From the NCBI GenBank assembly GCA_963759805.1, contig CAVXAT010000002.1:137479-201478 (forward strand): a stretch of 64,000 bases of DNA, in the 5' to 3' direction. The position numbers were made by a program, and so were the translations under genes. The DNA comes from an uncultured bacterium (GTDB lineage: Bacteria > Babelota > Babeliae > Babelales > RVW-14). The notes under the pieces were generated by a model. It did not search any database and was not told where the DNA came from. It saw only the letters and a program-made list of their open reading frames with translations. How positions within the stretch are numbered: the first letter of the stretch is position 1; every line of letters starts with the position of its first letter. This document shows, one piece after another, positions 37,696 to 48,165 of this stretch.

Positions 37696-37738
37696 AAAAA
37701 TTTCCTTAAATACAAAAACTCCACACACAACAATTGTT

Positions 37739-39037
37739 TTATAACCCAAAATATTGGGAAATACCTTTAAAATAAGCAGATGCGACTTCATAAATACGTG
37801 AAGAAATTATAACTCCATTAAAATTAAAATCTTTTAGCGCTAGTCGTTTTGCTTCGTCTGGATTATTTTGGATTAAAGTCTCTCCATAGCATAATGGACT
37901 ATGTACCAGACGTGTTAACGCAAGATTGCGGCAGTAAATTCCATCCTGCGCAAATTTTACAGCATCTGACAGATAAAAATCACTATTCATCAACGGAACC
38001 TTCAATCCAGTTTCCAAGTTCTTTACGATAGCCTGAGAAAGTCGCAACGATTCTTCAACATCATTTGACACAATAAGCCTTACAAATTCATAGCGCGCCG
38101 CCTGCCCCGAAAGCTCTCCTTTTAAAAAACTTCCTGGTATAAAAGCAAGGTTGTAATCCATCATGGAAATATCCTCGCTTCCGCCATTGGCATTGAAATG
38201 AATTATTATGGTGAGATGAGGATTAAACTCATTTATTTTTTCTGAACGAGCTTTTAAATCAAGTGAATTATAACAAACCCTAAACAGTGTTTTCTTTATA
38301 AGTTGAACTTTATCCTCCAAGCTTGCCTGTGCCATTAATTTTAAGCGTCGTGCTAAATTTTCACTAGCAGCAACTGATGCCTGGGCATTTGCTAAATGTA
38401 AAAAAACTTTTTTTCGATTTTCTTCTGTAAGCCATTGGGTATCATCGGTAACGCCAAAAACATCCGCACACCACTCTTCAAATGACTGCTTAAAAACAGA
38501 TTTCCCAGCCTCATCTCTTGTCAAAAAAACATCCGCACCTACTTGAGTCAAAAAATGTTTCAATACCATTGCTGTAACTGTTGCCAATGCCCCTTCATCA
38601 AATTGAATTCGTGTTTGTTGCTCGTCAGGAAGTTTCATATCGATAAAACGTTCTTCAATTTGAGCCATCCGTCCCCCCAGATGCCCTGGATCGATGGCAA
38701 CCCTTAACCCATGAAACGGTTTATCTGAGTATGAATTGGGCTTGAAGACATTTGTACTTGGTTTGGGGGATATTCCAAAATGCAAAACATATTCTGGTTT
38801 ATTTATCTTTTTATTTTCTGCTGACGAAAAACTAAAAAGGGCGTCATCCGTAATTGCATAAAAATCTTCATTCGCAGAATCATGTAAAATGTAATGTTTT
38901 ATTTTGTGTTCAGCCTCCTGCCTAGTTACAGCATGCTGAAAAACATCAAAGTCACGAAAAGTCATTGGATATATTAAATTTGGTTGAATTAAACCACAAA
39001 TAATTGCAAAAAAACAAATACCTATAACCTTTTTCAT
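37739..39037 (-). CDS. N-acetylmuramoyl-L-alanine amidase-like (Amidase_3-like) protein
   Basis: Signal peptide. VAIDPGHLGG and LTIIIHFNANGG resemble the Zn-ligand segments of Amidase_3 (xDPGHGG / xxHxNA). Adjacent to the NlpC/P60 gene. Confidence 0.55.
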   Translation of the reverse strand: MKKVIGICFFAIICGLIQPNLIYPMTFRDFDVFQHAVTRQEAEHKIKHYILHDSANEDFYAITDDALFSFSSAENKKINKPEYVLHFGISPKPSTNVFKPNSYSDKPFHGLRVAIDPGHLGGRMAQIEERFIDMKLPDEQQTRIQFDEGALATVTAMVLKHFLTQVGADVFLTRDEAGKSVFKQSFEEWCADVFGVTDDTQWLTEENRKKVFLHLANAQASVAASENLARRLKLMAQASLEDKVQLIKKTLFRVCYNSLDLKARSEKINEFNPHLTIIIHFNANGGSEDISMMDYNLAFIPGSFLKGELSGQAARYEFVRLIVSNDVEESLRLSQAIVKNLETGLKVPLMNSDFYLSDAVKFAQDGIYCRNLALTRLVHSPLCYGETLIQNNPDEAKRLALKDFNFNGVIISSRIYEVASAYFKGISQYFGL

Positions 39038-39218
39038 GTTAAATCCCTATGTTTAAACCAGATTTCAACCTAAAAATACTAAAATAAATTATATACTCTT
39101 TACAAATAAAATGTCGAGTTATAAGCTTTATTTTAAGGGGCGTCTTAAATTTTAACCAATTTTTAACTTAACAGGTTGATAACTTAACAAGTTAAAAACT
39201 TTAAAAGGGGTATACCTC

Positions 39219-40877
39219 ATGCAAGAGACTTTTTTTCTAAAAAAATTAAGTGAAAACTGGAAATCCGGGCTCGCTGTTTCACTGGTTTCTATTCCACTTG
39301 CAGTATCACTGGCCGTCGCATCACATGCTACGCCGGTAATGGGCGTAATCACGGCAATTTGGGCCGGATTCATCGCCGCAATCTTTGGTGGTAGCAACTA
39401 CAATATCATTGGCCCCACCGGAGCTCTATCCGGAATTCTTGCAACATACGCAATTGCCAATGGAACAGGAGTTTTGCCAACACTTGCAATCATGTCCGGC
39501 ATAATAATTTTTGTTGCGTACATTTTTAAGCTAGAAAAATACCTTGTGTTCGTGCCGGCAAGCACAATTCATGGATTTGTTCTTGGTGTCGCATTAATTA
39601 TTATATTTAATCAGATAAACTTCGCTTTCGGCCTTACAAATTTACCGACACATGAAAGCTTTGTTCAAAATGTTATCGAATCAATGAAGCATATTCCAAA
39701 TGGATCAGCAAGCGCATTTTTATTATTTTTAATTTTTTCTGCTGTTCTTTTTCTTTTACTTAAAATACTCCCAACCATACCGGGAGCCATCATAGTTTCA
39801 CCGTTTGGAATACTGATTGGATACTTATCAACACAGAAAATAATCCCAATCGAATTACAAACATTACAAACTCGTTTTGCAGATTTACAACCAAAATTAT
39901 TCATACTGCCTGGCTTTATATTTTCACCAAAATTTATCATTCCTGCTCTAACCGTTGCACTAATTTCAATTCTTGAAACAATGATCTCTGCAAGAATCGC
40001 AGATGGAATGACGAAAACAAAGCACAATAAAAACAGGGAGATGCTCGGGCTTGGCCTTGCCAACATTGCCTGTGGCCTTGCAGGTGGCATTCCGGCCACA
40101 GCCGCGCTGGCGCGCACAACTTTAAATATAAAAAGCGGCTGCACAAGTAAAATTTCATCTGCTATAAACAGTGCTTTTATAGTGGTAATATCATTCATCT
40201 TCCTTGGATATTTCAAATTTATGCCTCTGTCTGTTGTGGCAGCAATTTTGACCGTAACTGGGATAAAAATGATTGAGACGGAACACTTCATCAAAATGTT
40301 TAAAATAGACAAAACTAATTTTACACTGGCATTTGTTGTCGCAGGGGTAACAGTTTTAGAGGACCCAATAATTGGAATTTTACTTGGGGCATGCGTGGCG
40401 ATGCTTATTTTTATGCAGAAGCTTTCAAAGGGACAGTATGAATTGACGGAAAGCACACATATAACCGAGCCAATAAGCGTAGCAGAACCACTGCGTACAA
40501 TAGCCCCAACACAACAACCAACAACTCCCCCCGCTCCATCCAAAAATGAAACCCTGGTGTACTCAATCAATGGAGAACTTGCTTATATCAATTCGCAAGC
40601 GCATGTAGCGCGTTTTGAAAAACAGAAAACTACCCATAAAAACATATTGCTCGACTTAAAATCTTTGCATTTTATTGATCAAGACGGCATTGACGCGCTT
40701 GATGAAATTGTAGAGTTTTTGCACGAACAAAAGAAATTTGTTGGAATTATAGGGGCAAATGCTTTTATTTCAAAAATGCTTGAACAATCAAAAGCATTCA
40801 AAATATTAGAGCAGAACGGATTTGTTTTTGAAAATTTACAGAAGGCACTGCAAGTAATTAAAATGCGAAGCTTTTGA
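39219..40877 (+). CDS. SulP family anion transporter with C-terminal STAS domain
   Basis: SLVSIPLAVSLAVASHATPVMGVITAIWAGFIAAIFGGSNYNIIGPTGALS (SulP signature region). Many TM helices. C-terminal STAS-like ..INGELAYINSQ...LDLKSLHFIDQDGIDALDEIV. Confidence 0.9.
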   Translation: MQETFFLKKLSENWKSGLAVSLVSIPLAVSLAVASHATPVMGVITAIWAGFIAAIFGGSNYNIIGPTGALSGILATYAIANGTGVLPTLAIMSGIIIFVAYIFKLEKYLVFVPASTIHGFVLGVALIIIFNQINFAFGLTNLPTHESFVQNVIESMKHIPNGSASAFLLFLIFSAVLFLLLKILPTIPGAIIVSPFGILIGYLSTQKIIPIELQTLQTRFADLQPKLFILPGFIFSPKFIIPALTVALISILETMISARIADGMTKTKHNKNREMLGLGLANIACGLAGGIPATAALARTTLNIKSGCTSKISSAINSAFIVVISFIFLGYFKFMPLSVVAAILTVTGIKMIETEHFIKMFKIDKTNFTLAFVVAGVTVLEDPIIGILLGACVAMLIFMQKLSKGQYELTESTHITEPISVAEPLRTIAPTQQPTTPPAPSKNETLVYSINGELAYINSQAHVARFEKQKTTHKNILLDLKSLHFIDQDGIDALDEIVEFLHEQKKFVGIIGANAFISKMLEQSKAFKILEQNGFVFENLQKALQVIKMRSF

Positions 40878-40901
40878 TTACTTGCAACCTGGCTATGAAT
40901 G

Positions 40902-42254
40902 TCATGGCAAATCGTTCCAACTTTTTTTAATTTTTAAAAATACATCATGAAAACAAAAACACTCGGGGCGATCAAGTAATTTTTTACCAATATTTGGTTT
41001 GATAAAATCTAAATTTGCAAATGCATATGCTGAAGGGAAAATAATATTTTTAAAAATACCGTCATTAAATGAATTACAAATTGCGCGCGTAAATCCAATT
41101 GGGCCGGTTATATGTATCGTTTTAAATCCACGAATAGACCGACGAAGCCCCGCATCTGTAGTATTTTCAGGCCGCTCAACCATCTGATATATTATATCAT
41201 CAGTAATATCCTCAAATTGCTTAATAAAATGTATCATGTTGATCAATATAGGATGATTTTGAATCGCTCCAAAATGTCCACTCGCTGCCCAAAAAATTAG
41301 TTGCGATGCATCTTGCGTAGCATAAAAATCATATAAAAAATGCAACTTTTCAAAGGATTCAAAACACAAAATATCTGTATCAACATATAAACCACCGAAT
41401 TTATTTACTATTTCGAACCTGGCTATATCTGAGGCTTTTGCGTAATTTTTTTCCTCAAACAATGCTGTATCAAAGGTCCGCTGATTAAATAGACCGTCAG
41501 CAAAATATTTTGACAATAATTTTTCTGTCCACAAAACATATCTCCACCCCGGATGGCATTTTCTCCAAATTCGCGACCATTGCCTAAAAATTTGGGGGTA
41601 AATGTTTTGCCCAACCCATATTTGATGAATAATTTTTGGAATTTTATGCTTATTTTTATTGAAAGGCATGGCTGCTGATAAATTATTCTTTGCATAGTAA
41701 CAGTTTATTTTCTTAATGATGTCTTGTTGCATTGCTGATGAAATGTAAATTTCAGATATCCTATCACAATATGGAACGGGACCCCAGCTATTCACATAAT
41801 TACTGTTGACAACCATATTTTTTTCAAAATCAAAATCTATATGAATAGGAAAATCGTCAATATCATTTCTATACTTTTCAATATTTAAAACATAAATATC
41901 ATCAATTTTTTTGTTTAAAAAGAAGGTTCGATTTTCTGGTTCAAAAGGACATATTTTATTAATAGTTCCATTTTGGGTCTTTGTTTTTATAACCTTTTCC
42001 TCGTTAGGGTGAATTGTAACAACATTTTTAACATAATAATGCTCATCACATGTCTCGCATTTTTCAGAGCATAAGATTTTGATTTTTTGATCCGAATCTA
42101 TTTGATTTTTCAGTAAAAAACTATTTTGGCACAATTTTTGTATATTTATTGGCCTCAATGCTGAACTTGAAAAAAGGCAAAGACAGAATAATAATAACAA
42201 CATGTTTTTATCCATTGCACTTTTTTTTATCTTCTTTATCTTGCGTAGTAACAT
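40902..42254 (-). CDS. Secreted DXD-motif glycosyltransferase (GT32 / Gly_transf_sug-like), paralog 1
   Basis: IPKIIHQIWVGQ.., ASDIARFEIVNKFGGLYVDTDILC (DXD = DTD). Signal-like leader MLLLLFCLCLFSSSA; likely start at 42203 or 42215. Confidence 0.7.
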   Translation of the reverse strand: MLLRKIKKIKKSAMDKNMLLLLFCLCLFSSSALRPINIQKLCQNSFLLKNQIDSDQKIKILCSEKCETCDEHYYVKNVVTIHPNEEKVIKTKTQNGTINKICPFEPENRTFFLNKKIDDIYVLNIEKYRNDIDDFPIHIDFDFEKNMVVNSNYVNSWGPVPYCDRISEIYISSAMQQDIIKKINCYYAKNNLSAAMPFNKNKHKIPKIIHQIWVGQNIYPQIFRQWSRIWRKCHPGWRYVLWTEKLLSKYFADGLFNQRTFDTALFEEKNYAKASDIARFEIVNKFGGLYVDTDILCFESFEKLHFLYDFYATQDASQLIFWAASGHFGAIQNHPILINMIHFIKQFEDITDDIIYQMVERPENTTDAGLRRSIRGFKTIHITGPIGFTRAICNSFNDGIFKNIIFPSAYAFANLDFIKPNIGKKLLDRPECFCFHDVFLKIKKSWNDLP

Positions 42255-43593
42255 TTGATTGACTAACTCCTACACTGTAGCTATAAATTCCACGAGCACA
42301 AAATGATTCAGGTTGGCTTGCTAAATGAGTATAAGCAGCCTGCACCGGTTCTTCGATATGATTAAATTCCATTTCAACATCGTTCCCATCAAAAAATGTT
42401 GCCGGAAATATTATATCAACATTAGATTTTTGATCGATACTGTTATACACACATAAGGTAAACATCTGATGACCAAGATTTTTTGAGGTCCAGTCATAAA
42501 ATCCACCTGGCGGTGTTTCACAATTTTTTATGTAATCCATACATGCTTTTAGAATTGGATGACCAGATCGACTACCAAAGACTCCATTGTTAATACATCC
42601 CCATGTATCAAAATGGCCAAGGCCACAGTAAAAATCATATGCCTGATGAAGTGGTGCAAAACTTTCAAAGCATCGTATGTCTGGGTCTACGTACAAACCC
42701 CCATATTTATTTAAAATTTCATAGCGAGCAATTTTGGACATCGTGGCATAATCGTACATATCTTCGGCTTGCGTATATACTGCCTTGTTAAACAATCCAT
42801 CAGGAAATTCCCGTTTTATGCGATCTTCATTCCATAGCATTAATGTCCAATCCGAATGTTTTGTTTTCCACTCATCTTGCCATTGTTTAAATAATTTGGG
42901 TTGCTCAAACCCACCAAACCAACAAATATGGATATAATGAGGAATTTTGGGAGTTTTTGATACTCCATTGGAAGCGTTTTGTTTGGCTTTTAGATTATTT
43001 TTTTGATAAATATTTTTTACTTTGCCAAAAAAATCCTTAAAAGAAACATTGACCGGCAAACATTTTACGTAATTTCGATGACCATTTTTAAGCATCTCAT
43101 AGTCGTCATTATCTTTAAGTGTACTATCAAAATCAACATAGTAAGGAAAATCTGTTCGTTGTTTGGTGCCTATTTCAAATATTTTGCATGGGGGATTTAC
43201 TTTAGAAGTTAAGTACAAATATGCCCCTTGATCGGAAACACTCATAGTTTTGATATAATTTGGCGCATCAGTAATCAATAGTTTTTCGCCAGCTTTGACA
43301 ACAAACGTTTTTTCATAATCATCTCGAAGGCAAGGGCAATCGGGGCATTTTTTATAAAATGTAACATTAAGTGTTTTATCATTTGATGTCACATTAGTTA
43401 CACGGGCTGATGGTAAAATCAATTTAGAAATATTAATTGCTGATAACTGAGATATTGTTATCAGAATCAACGTAGCAATATTTGATCGCACAAAATTAAA
43501 AACATCACTCATGCTAAACCCTTTAATCTTTAAAAAATATGTAATTGATATGGAAATGTAGCACAAAAATCGAATTATGGCCAAACAAGTCAA
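42208..43593 (-). CDS. Secreted DXD-motif glycosyltransferase (GT32 / Gly_transf_sug-like), paralog 2
   Basis: IPHYIHICWFGG.., MSKIARYEILNKYGGLYVDPDIRC (DXD = DPD). Likely start MSDVFNFVRSNIATLILITISQLSA at 43512. Confidence 0.7.
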   Translation of the reverse strand: MTCLAIIRFLCYISISITYFLKIKGFSMSDVFNFVRSNIATLILITISQLSAINISKLILPSARVTNVTSNDKTLNVTFYKKCPDCPCLRDDYEKTFVVKAGEKLLITDAPNYIKTMSVSDQGAYLYLTSKVNPPCKIFEIGTKQRTDFPYYVDFDSTLKDNDDYEMLKNGHRNYVKCLPVNVSFKDFFGKVKNIYQKNNLKAKQNASNGVSKTPKIPHYIHICWFGGFEQPKLFKQWQDEWKTKHSDWTLMLWNEDRIKREFPDGLFNKAVYTQAEDMYDYATMSKIARYEILNKYGGLYVDPDIRCFESFAPLHQAYDFYCGLGHFDTWGCINNGVFGSRSGHPILKACMDYIKNCETPPGGFYDWTSKNLGHQMFTLCVYNSIDQKSNVDIIFPATFFDGNDVEMEFNHIEEPVQAAYTHLASQPESFCARGIYSYSVGVSQSNVTTQDKEDKKKCNG

Positions 43594-43727
43594 ATAAAAT
43601 AAACAATTATTAACACTTGTTGCGCTTTAACTTGAATTATCTAGATTTTCATGCAATTATTCTCTATTAATTAGAAAAAAACTTTTGTAATGAAATTTTA
43701 GAATGTAAGCGGCAGGAGTAAATAGTC

Positions 43728-44675
43728 ATGGAAAAAACACTACTGGTGTTTTTGCTCATTTTCGAACAAACATTGGTAGCACAACAAGCAGCAAATCAAC
43801 CTACGGTAATCCAGCAAGGCAATAGCCCCTCACAAGAAGATCACTTACTCACGAACGCAACAAGCAATAAGTCTGATATCGCAATGAACAAAGGGTTAAA
43901 GTTTAGAACTTTGATAGACTTGAACTTGGTCAAAAATTGGGAACAAGATGGTTACCCTGAAGATTCATATTCAGACTTAGATAATACAAATACAAATAAA
44001 GAAAACTTAATTATCAAAAATTTAATAAGCGATGGGAACATAATTTTTGATGTTGGGGCAAATGTTGGAGATTGGACCAATCAGGTGTTATTAAACCACA
44101 AAGATACTTGTATTTTTTCATTTGAACCACTTCATTTTTTAGCTGAATCAATGAAAGAACGCTTTAAGGATAAAAAAGTAAAAATATATGAATCTGCAGT
44201 CTTTTCCGAAGAAAAAACAATTATCTTTAATTATTATGAAAAATGGCCACAAAGCAGTTCAATTTATCCGCAAAATTGGCTTACGACTTGGCTTCAGGAA
44301 CCCAAAAAGATATCGGTCAAGACTGTATGTCTCGATAAATTTTGCACAGACAATAAAATCAATCATATTGATTTTTTAAAAATAGATGTTGAGGGGAGCG
44401 AGCTGGATGTTTTAAAAGGAAGCTCTGATTTGTTAAAAAAACATGCAGTTGATTTTATCCAATTTACATACAACAGGGCGTATTTTGGCGCCCAAATACG
44501 CCTCAAGCAGATGTATGATCTGTTGGCTAGTTTTAAATATTATATTTTCAAAGAGTACGCAGATGGACTGGTTTACATTCCCCAATGGGATGATTCTTTA
44601 GAAAATTATAGACGCTCAAATTACATTGCAATTGCAAATTTCGATCCAAGTAGTACAAGGCAAAGAGACCTATGA
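43728..44675 (+). CDS. FkbM-family SAM-dependent methyltransferase
   Basis: IIFDVGANVGDWT (SAM motif I) and IDFLKIDVEGSELDVLKG (FkbM hallmark). Hydrophobic N-terminus. Confidence 0.75.
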   Translation: MEKTLLVFLLIFEQTLVAQQAANQPTVIQQGNSPSQEDHLLTNATSNKSDIAMNKGLKFRTLIDLNLVKNWEQDGYPEDSYSDLDNTNTNKENLIIKNLISDGNIIFDVGANVGDWTNQVLLNHKDTCIFSFEPLHFLAESMKERFKDKKVKIYESAVFSEEKTIIFNYYEKWPQSSSIYPQNWLTTWLQEPKKISVKTVCLDKFCTDNKINHIDFLKIDVEGSELDVLKGSSDLLKKHAVDFIQFTYNRAYFGAQIRLKQMYDLLASFKYYIFKEYADGLVYIPQWDDSLENYRRSNYIAIANFDPSSTRQRDL

Positions 44676-44812
44676 GGCGTGCGGCAGCAAACTTGTTCAC
44701 CGAGACCATGATAAAGAAGATATTGTCCGCATACGTCTTAAAAGTTTTGATTGGTTATCGTTATGCATAAACAAGCATACAACACAATAAAAAGAGTGTG
44801 CTATTCACAAAC

Positions 44813-45322
44813 TCATTCTATCTGATATAGATTATTAATCTGAGTGATTTGATTTTGAAGATCAACGATTTGGTTATTCAGTAGCGTGACTTGTAGTTGA
44901 GCGCCTGTGAGCCCTCGCAAATATTGAAGCTCTAGTTGAATCTGATTGATTTGCCCTTTAAGTTGCGCAATTATAGTTGCTTTGGCTGCACGCCTATCTA
45001 TCGTATACGTTCTTCCCTTTTCAACACTACTTTTCCACAGGTATACAGGGGCAACTCCGAGTACCGCTAATGTTACCTGAATGTAGGTACAACCTTTTAG
45101 CGGGACGGATATAGTTTGTTTATTAAGGGGGCATTCGGAAACCGAAACGTACTCTTGGGTCTTACATGTTGAATCTTTATAAAGCTCAATCTGATTTATC
45201 ATAAATCCTTTTGGAATTATGAGTGCTGCAGATGGCTGATTAACAGCACATTTGATTTCTCTTGCTGTTCCCATAAGAGCACTCAGCAATACAACGGTTA
45301 AAGTAACTTTACAAGTCATCAT
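44813..45322 (-). CDS. Hypothetical secreted protein with C-terminal Gln/Leu coiled coil
   Basis: Signal peptide (VVLLSALMGTA). The C-terminal heptad region QLKGQINQIQLELQYL..LLNNQIVDLQNQITQINNL. Confidence 0.4.
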   Translation of the reverse strand: MMTCKVTLTVVLLSALMGTAREIKCAVNQPSAALIIPKGFMINQIELYKDSTCKTQEYVSVSECPLNKQTISVPLKGCTYIQVTLAVLGVAPVYLWKSSVEKGRTYTIDRRAAKATIIAQLKGQINQIQLELQYLRGLTGAQLQVTLLNNQIVDLQNQITQINNLYQIE

Positions 45323-45624
45323 ACGTTCCCTTTTTTTAAAATGAAAATAATCATATTTATTTTCTAATATAAATATGACTGATAAATGACAGTTAGCACA
45401 AGAGTTTAAAGAAAAAACAATACGTTATAGAGTATTTAAGCTGGGACCAAATTTTATTACACAGATATTTTGGCTTTAAAATCGTAATTTTTCCTGTTTA
45501 ATACGCAAGCCCTAGTTTAACCACCATTAAACCGGTTAATATAATAATTAAGTATTATGAATAAATTTTTGTTTTTTACAATTTTTTTAACCATCACGAA
45601 GGAGCACAGATAAAGGAGGAGATC

Positions 45625-47217
45625 ATGACGATACATAAATGTTTGATTGTTGTAATTGTGCTAAGTATCATCGACATCCTCAATACCCCAATTGCCTCTT
45701 CAATGCAACAGAAGCAATCGACTCAGCAACCAGTGCAACAAGACCCATTGCACCAAATGGTTAATGCCGCGGTAGCAGAAGCGTTGAGCGGCCAAGCAAA
45801 TATATTAAAAGAATTTAATAAGAAAATACATGAATGTATCGATCCTCTAAATGAATCTATACATTTAGCACGTTATGCTAATGGAAGTGCCCTGGATGCT
45901 CTGGAGAAAATAAAAGAAGTATCTGCGCATCTAAGCGAAACAAGAGCAGGTGTAGAGCAAGTCAAAAATTTACCGGCAGACTTGAAAAGGCAGGCTCAAG
46001 CTATTAGTGCAAATCTAGAACGTGATTCTGAACGGATAAGCACTGCACTTTTGAATGTTTTAAAAGTAGGCAGAGGCAACCCAGAAGAAAAAACTAAAAC
46101 AAAACTAGCAGAAATAGCTGAAAAAAAACGACTCGGAATTTATGAGCAAGAAGCATCAATTATGGCTGAGGGAAATGTTAAAGTTGAAAAAGCAAGAGGA
46201 GAATGGGTCCGTGAGATGATAGGAGATCCAAAACTCATGATAAAAATTGCAGTTACAATAGTAGTAATTGCTTTGTGTATCTACATACTCAAGTATGGCT
46301 TACCAGTACTTGTAAATTATTTGACAAGACCACGTGTTATAAGTGAAACGTCAAGACCTGGATTGTTTGAATGGTTTAAACCAAAACAAACCGTTAATAT
46401 TGATGACTTAATTTTTGCACCTTCTCTGCAAAATCAACTTTTTGATCTCTTATTGCGTGTACAAACTGCAAAAAAGTATGATGAATTACTCCCCAATGTT
46501 CTTTTTTACGGAGCTCCAGGAACTGGCAAGACAGCTTTTGTTAAAGCATTGGCTTATGAATCAGGACTTGATTATGCATTAACATCCGGTTCAGAATTTG
46601 CAAAAATTACGGACCTTAACCAGGCTAACAACGAATTACGAAAACTCTTAAAGTGGGCAAAAAGAAGCAAAAATGGATTGATTGTTTTTATTGACGAGGC
46701 TGAATCTCTGTTTGCAAATAGAAAGCTGCAAACCACATCCAAGTCAACGCAAGATTTCATTAATACATTCTTGTCACTTGTTTCAGATCAATCACAAAAA
46801 AAAGTTATGTTTATTTTCGCAACTAATCACCCATTTAAACTTGATGATGCAATTACCAATCGCGTTGGAACAAACATTGAGTTTACTTTGCCAGAAGCAC
46901 CCGAACGAGAAAAAATTCTTTCTACATACCTTGTAAAATCTGCGCAAGAAAACGAAGCTGCAATTGTTGATTTGCATCCGGACGTTATAAAATTGCTTCC
47001 AGCTTATGCAGATGAGCTCAAAGGCTTTTCGCCACGAGCTATTAAATTTGTTGCCGAAGAGATGATTATTAATGCACGACGACAAGAATCTATGCAATTG
47101 ACTAATGACATTGCACAAGCAGTAATGGACCAGGCAAAACATAGCTTGCGACAAGCAGTTCTGTGGGAAACGGAACGAAAAGAATGGAGTGGAGATGCAA
47201 ATGTTATTCATTCATAA
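45625..47217 (+). CDS. ATAD3-like membrane-anchored AAA+ ATPase
   Basis: Strong SD (AAAGGAGGAG). N-terminal hydrophobic segment, about 170-aa coiled-coil region, central TM (IKIAVTIVVIALCIYILKYGLPVLV), then RPRVISETSRPG..., VLFYGAPGTGKTAFVKALA..GLDYALTSGSE (Walker A), LIVFIDEAESL (Walker B), FIFATNHPFKLDDAITNR. Domain order and these motifs parallel eukaryotic ATAD3 (..KPSLVRETSR.., LMYGPPGTGKT..GMDYAIMTGGD.., LLFVDEADAF). Confidence 0.75.
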   Translation: MTIHKCLIVVIVLSIIDILNTPIASSMQQKQSTQQPVQQDPLHQMVNAAVAEALSGQANILKEFNKKIHECIDPLNESIHLARYANGSALDALEKIKEVSAHLSETRAGVEQVKNLPADLKRQAQAISANLERDSERISTALLNVLKVGRGNPEEKTKTKLAEIAEKKRLGIYEQEASIMAEGNVKVEKARGEWVREMIGDPKLMIKIAVTIVVIALCIYILKYGLPVLVNYLTRPRVISETSRPGLFEWFKPKQTVNIDDLIFAPSLQNQLFDLLLRVQTAKKYDELLPNVLFYGAPGTGKTAFVKALAYESGLDYALTSGSEFAKITDLNQANNELRKLLKWAKRSKNGLIVFIDEAESLFANRKLQTTSKSTQDFINTFLSLVSDQSQKKVMFIFATNHPFKLDDAITNRVGTNIEFTLPEAPEREKILSTYLVKSAQENEAAIVDLHPDVIKLLPAYADELKGFSPRAIKFVAEEMIINARRQESMQLTNDIAQAVMDQAKHSLRQAVLWETERKEWSGDANVIHS

Positions 47218-48058
47218 TGACAATCTGCTACAAAGTCTGCTTTTCACAAATTTGAGATATCTGTTTTTTTGCATTGCATGTTTTATTGCTTTGAGTAGTT
47301 ATAGGTCTTTATGGGCACAAAGTTCTAGTGAGAATCATGAATTTAACACTCTTGTGGAAAATATTTATGATCTCCTGCTACAAGGACATTCGGCCGACGA
47401 TATTATAGAAATGCTCGATGATGAACAAGAAAATCCCTACAATGTTCAAAAACTCGTAACATACATTCATGATCAATTGAATGGGAACAAATCAAAGGGA
47501 GCTATTACAAAGGTTATTTCGAGTAATAAAGAATCCGAAAAATATTATTCGCGAAAAAATTTTTTAACAAATGTAAAAATTTGTTATTTTGTTTTGAAAA
47601 TTGTTGCAGTTATTGTCGCTATTATAGTTGTTTGCAATTTATTATCGTCATGGTTTCCCGGAATGTTTGGATTCCTGCCAGGATTACCAAAACCTAAAAA
47701 TCAGAGCAATGCTGATGTTGATAAAAAATCTGATACTAGTGAATCTGGTACTAGTGAATCGAAACATAACGAAGAGACTCCATTGGCTTGCAGCGAGTCA
47801 GAATCTCATGAAAAAAGCTCTCAACCAAGCCTGGAAGTCCTTGGTCCCTGTGTTGAAATGGATTCTTTTGATAGCAAAAAATACGCAGATATTATTGCCC
47901 AGCTTGAGTATGCAAAACGTGAAAATTATATACCCGCGAATGGGGTCTTTGATGTTATTGGAGCAGATAAAGAGCAAGTCGATACTCATTCATTATTTTA
48001 CAAAATGCGATTAACGGAACAGATAGCGTTTGTAAAACGTAATGGCTATATAAAATAA
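47189..48058 (+). CDS. Hypothetical membrane protein, translationally coupled to the AAA+ gene
   Basis: Start codons (47189/47195/47201) overlap the AAA+ stop (47215-47217). Signal-like N-terminus, a central TM (VLKIVAVIVAIIVVCNLL), and a Ser/Glu-rich linker. Confidence 0.45.
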   Translation: MEMQMLFIHNDNLLQSLLFTNLRYLFFCIACFIALSSYRSLWAQSSSENHEFNTLVENIYDLLLQGHSADDIIEMLDDEQENPYNVQKLVTYIHDQLNGNKSKGAITKVISSNKESEKYYSRKNFLTNVKICYFVLKIVAVIVAIIVVCNLLSSWFPGMFGFLPGLPKPKNQSNADVDKKSDTSESGTSESKHNEETPLACSESESHEKSSQPSLEVLGPCVEMDSFDSKKYADIIAQLEYAKRENYIPANGVFDVIGADKEQVDTHSLFYKMRLTEQIAFVKRNGYIK

Positions 48059-48165
48059 GCCTGCAGTTGGCTTTACGATAGGGGGTGCCTAGAGAATTTC
48101 TCTTATATGCAAAGCATTCAATAACAAATATATTTTTAAATTTTAAAACGATTAGGATAGGAATT

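Noticed and set aside
39665-40570. 301-aa minus-strand ORF inside the SulP transporter gene
   Set aside because: It is antisense to a clear SulP/STAS gene. Long antisense ORFs are common opposite hydrophobic membrane-protein genes.
45557-45613. 18-codon upstream ORF (MNKFLFFTIFLTITKEHR) just before the ATAD3-like gene
   Set aside because: It could be a leader peptide, but it has no SD and no conservation information. I did not call it.
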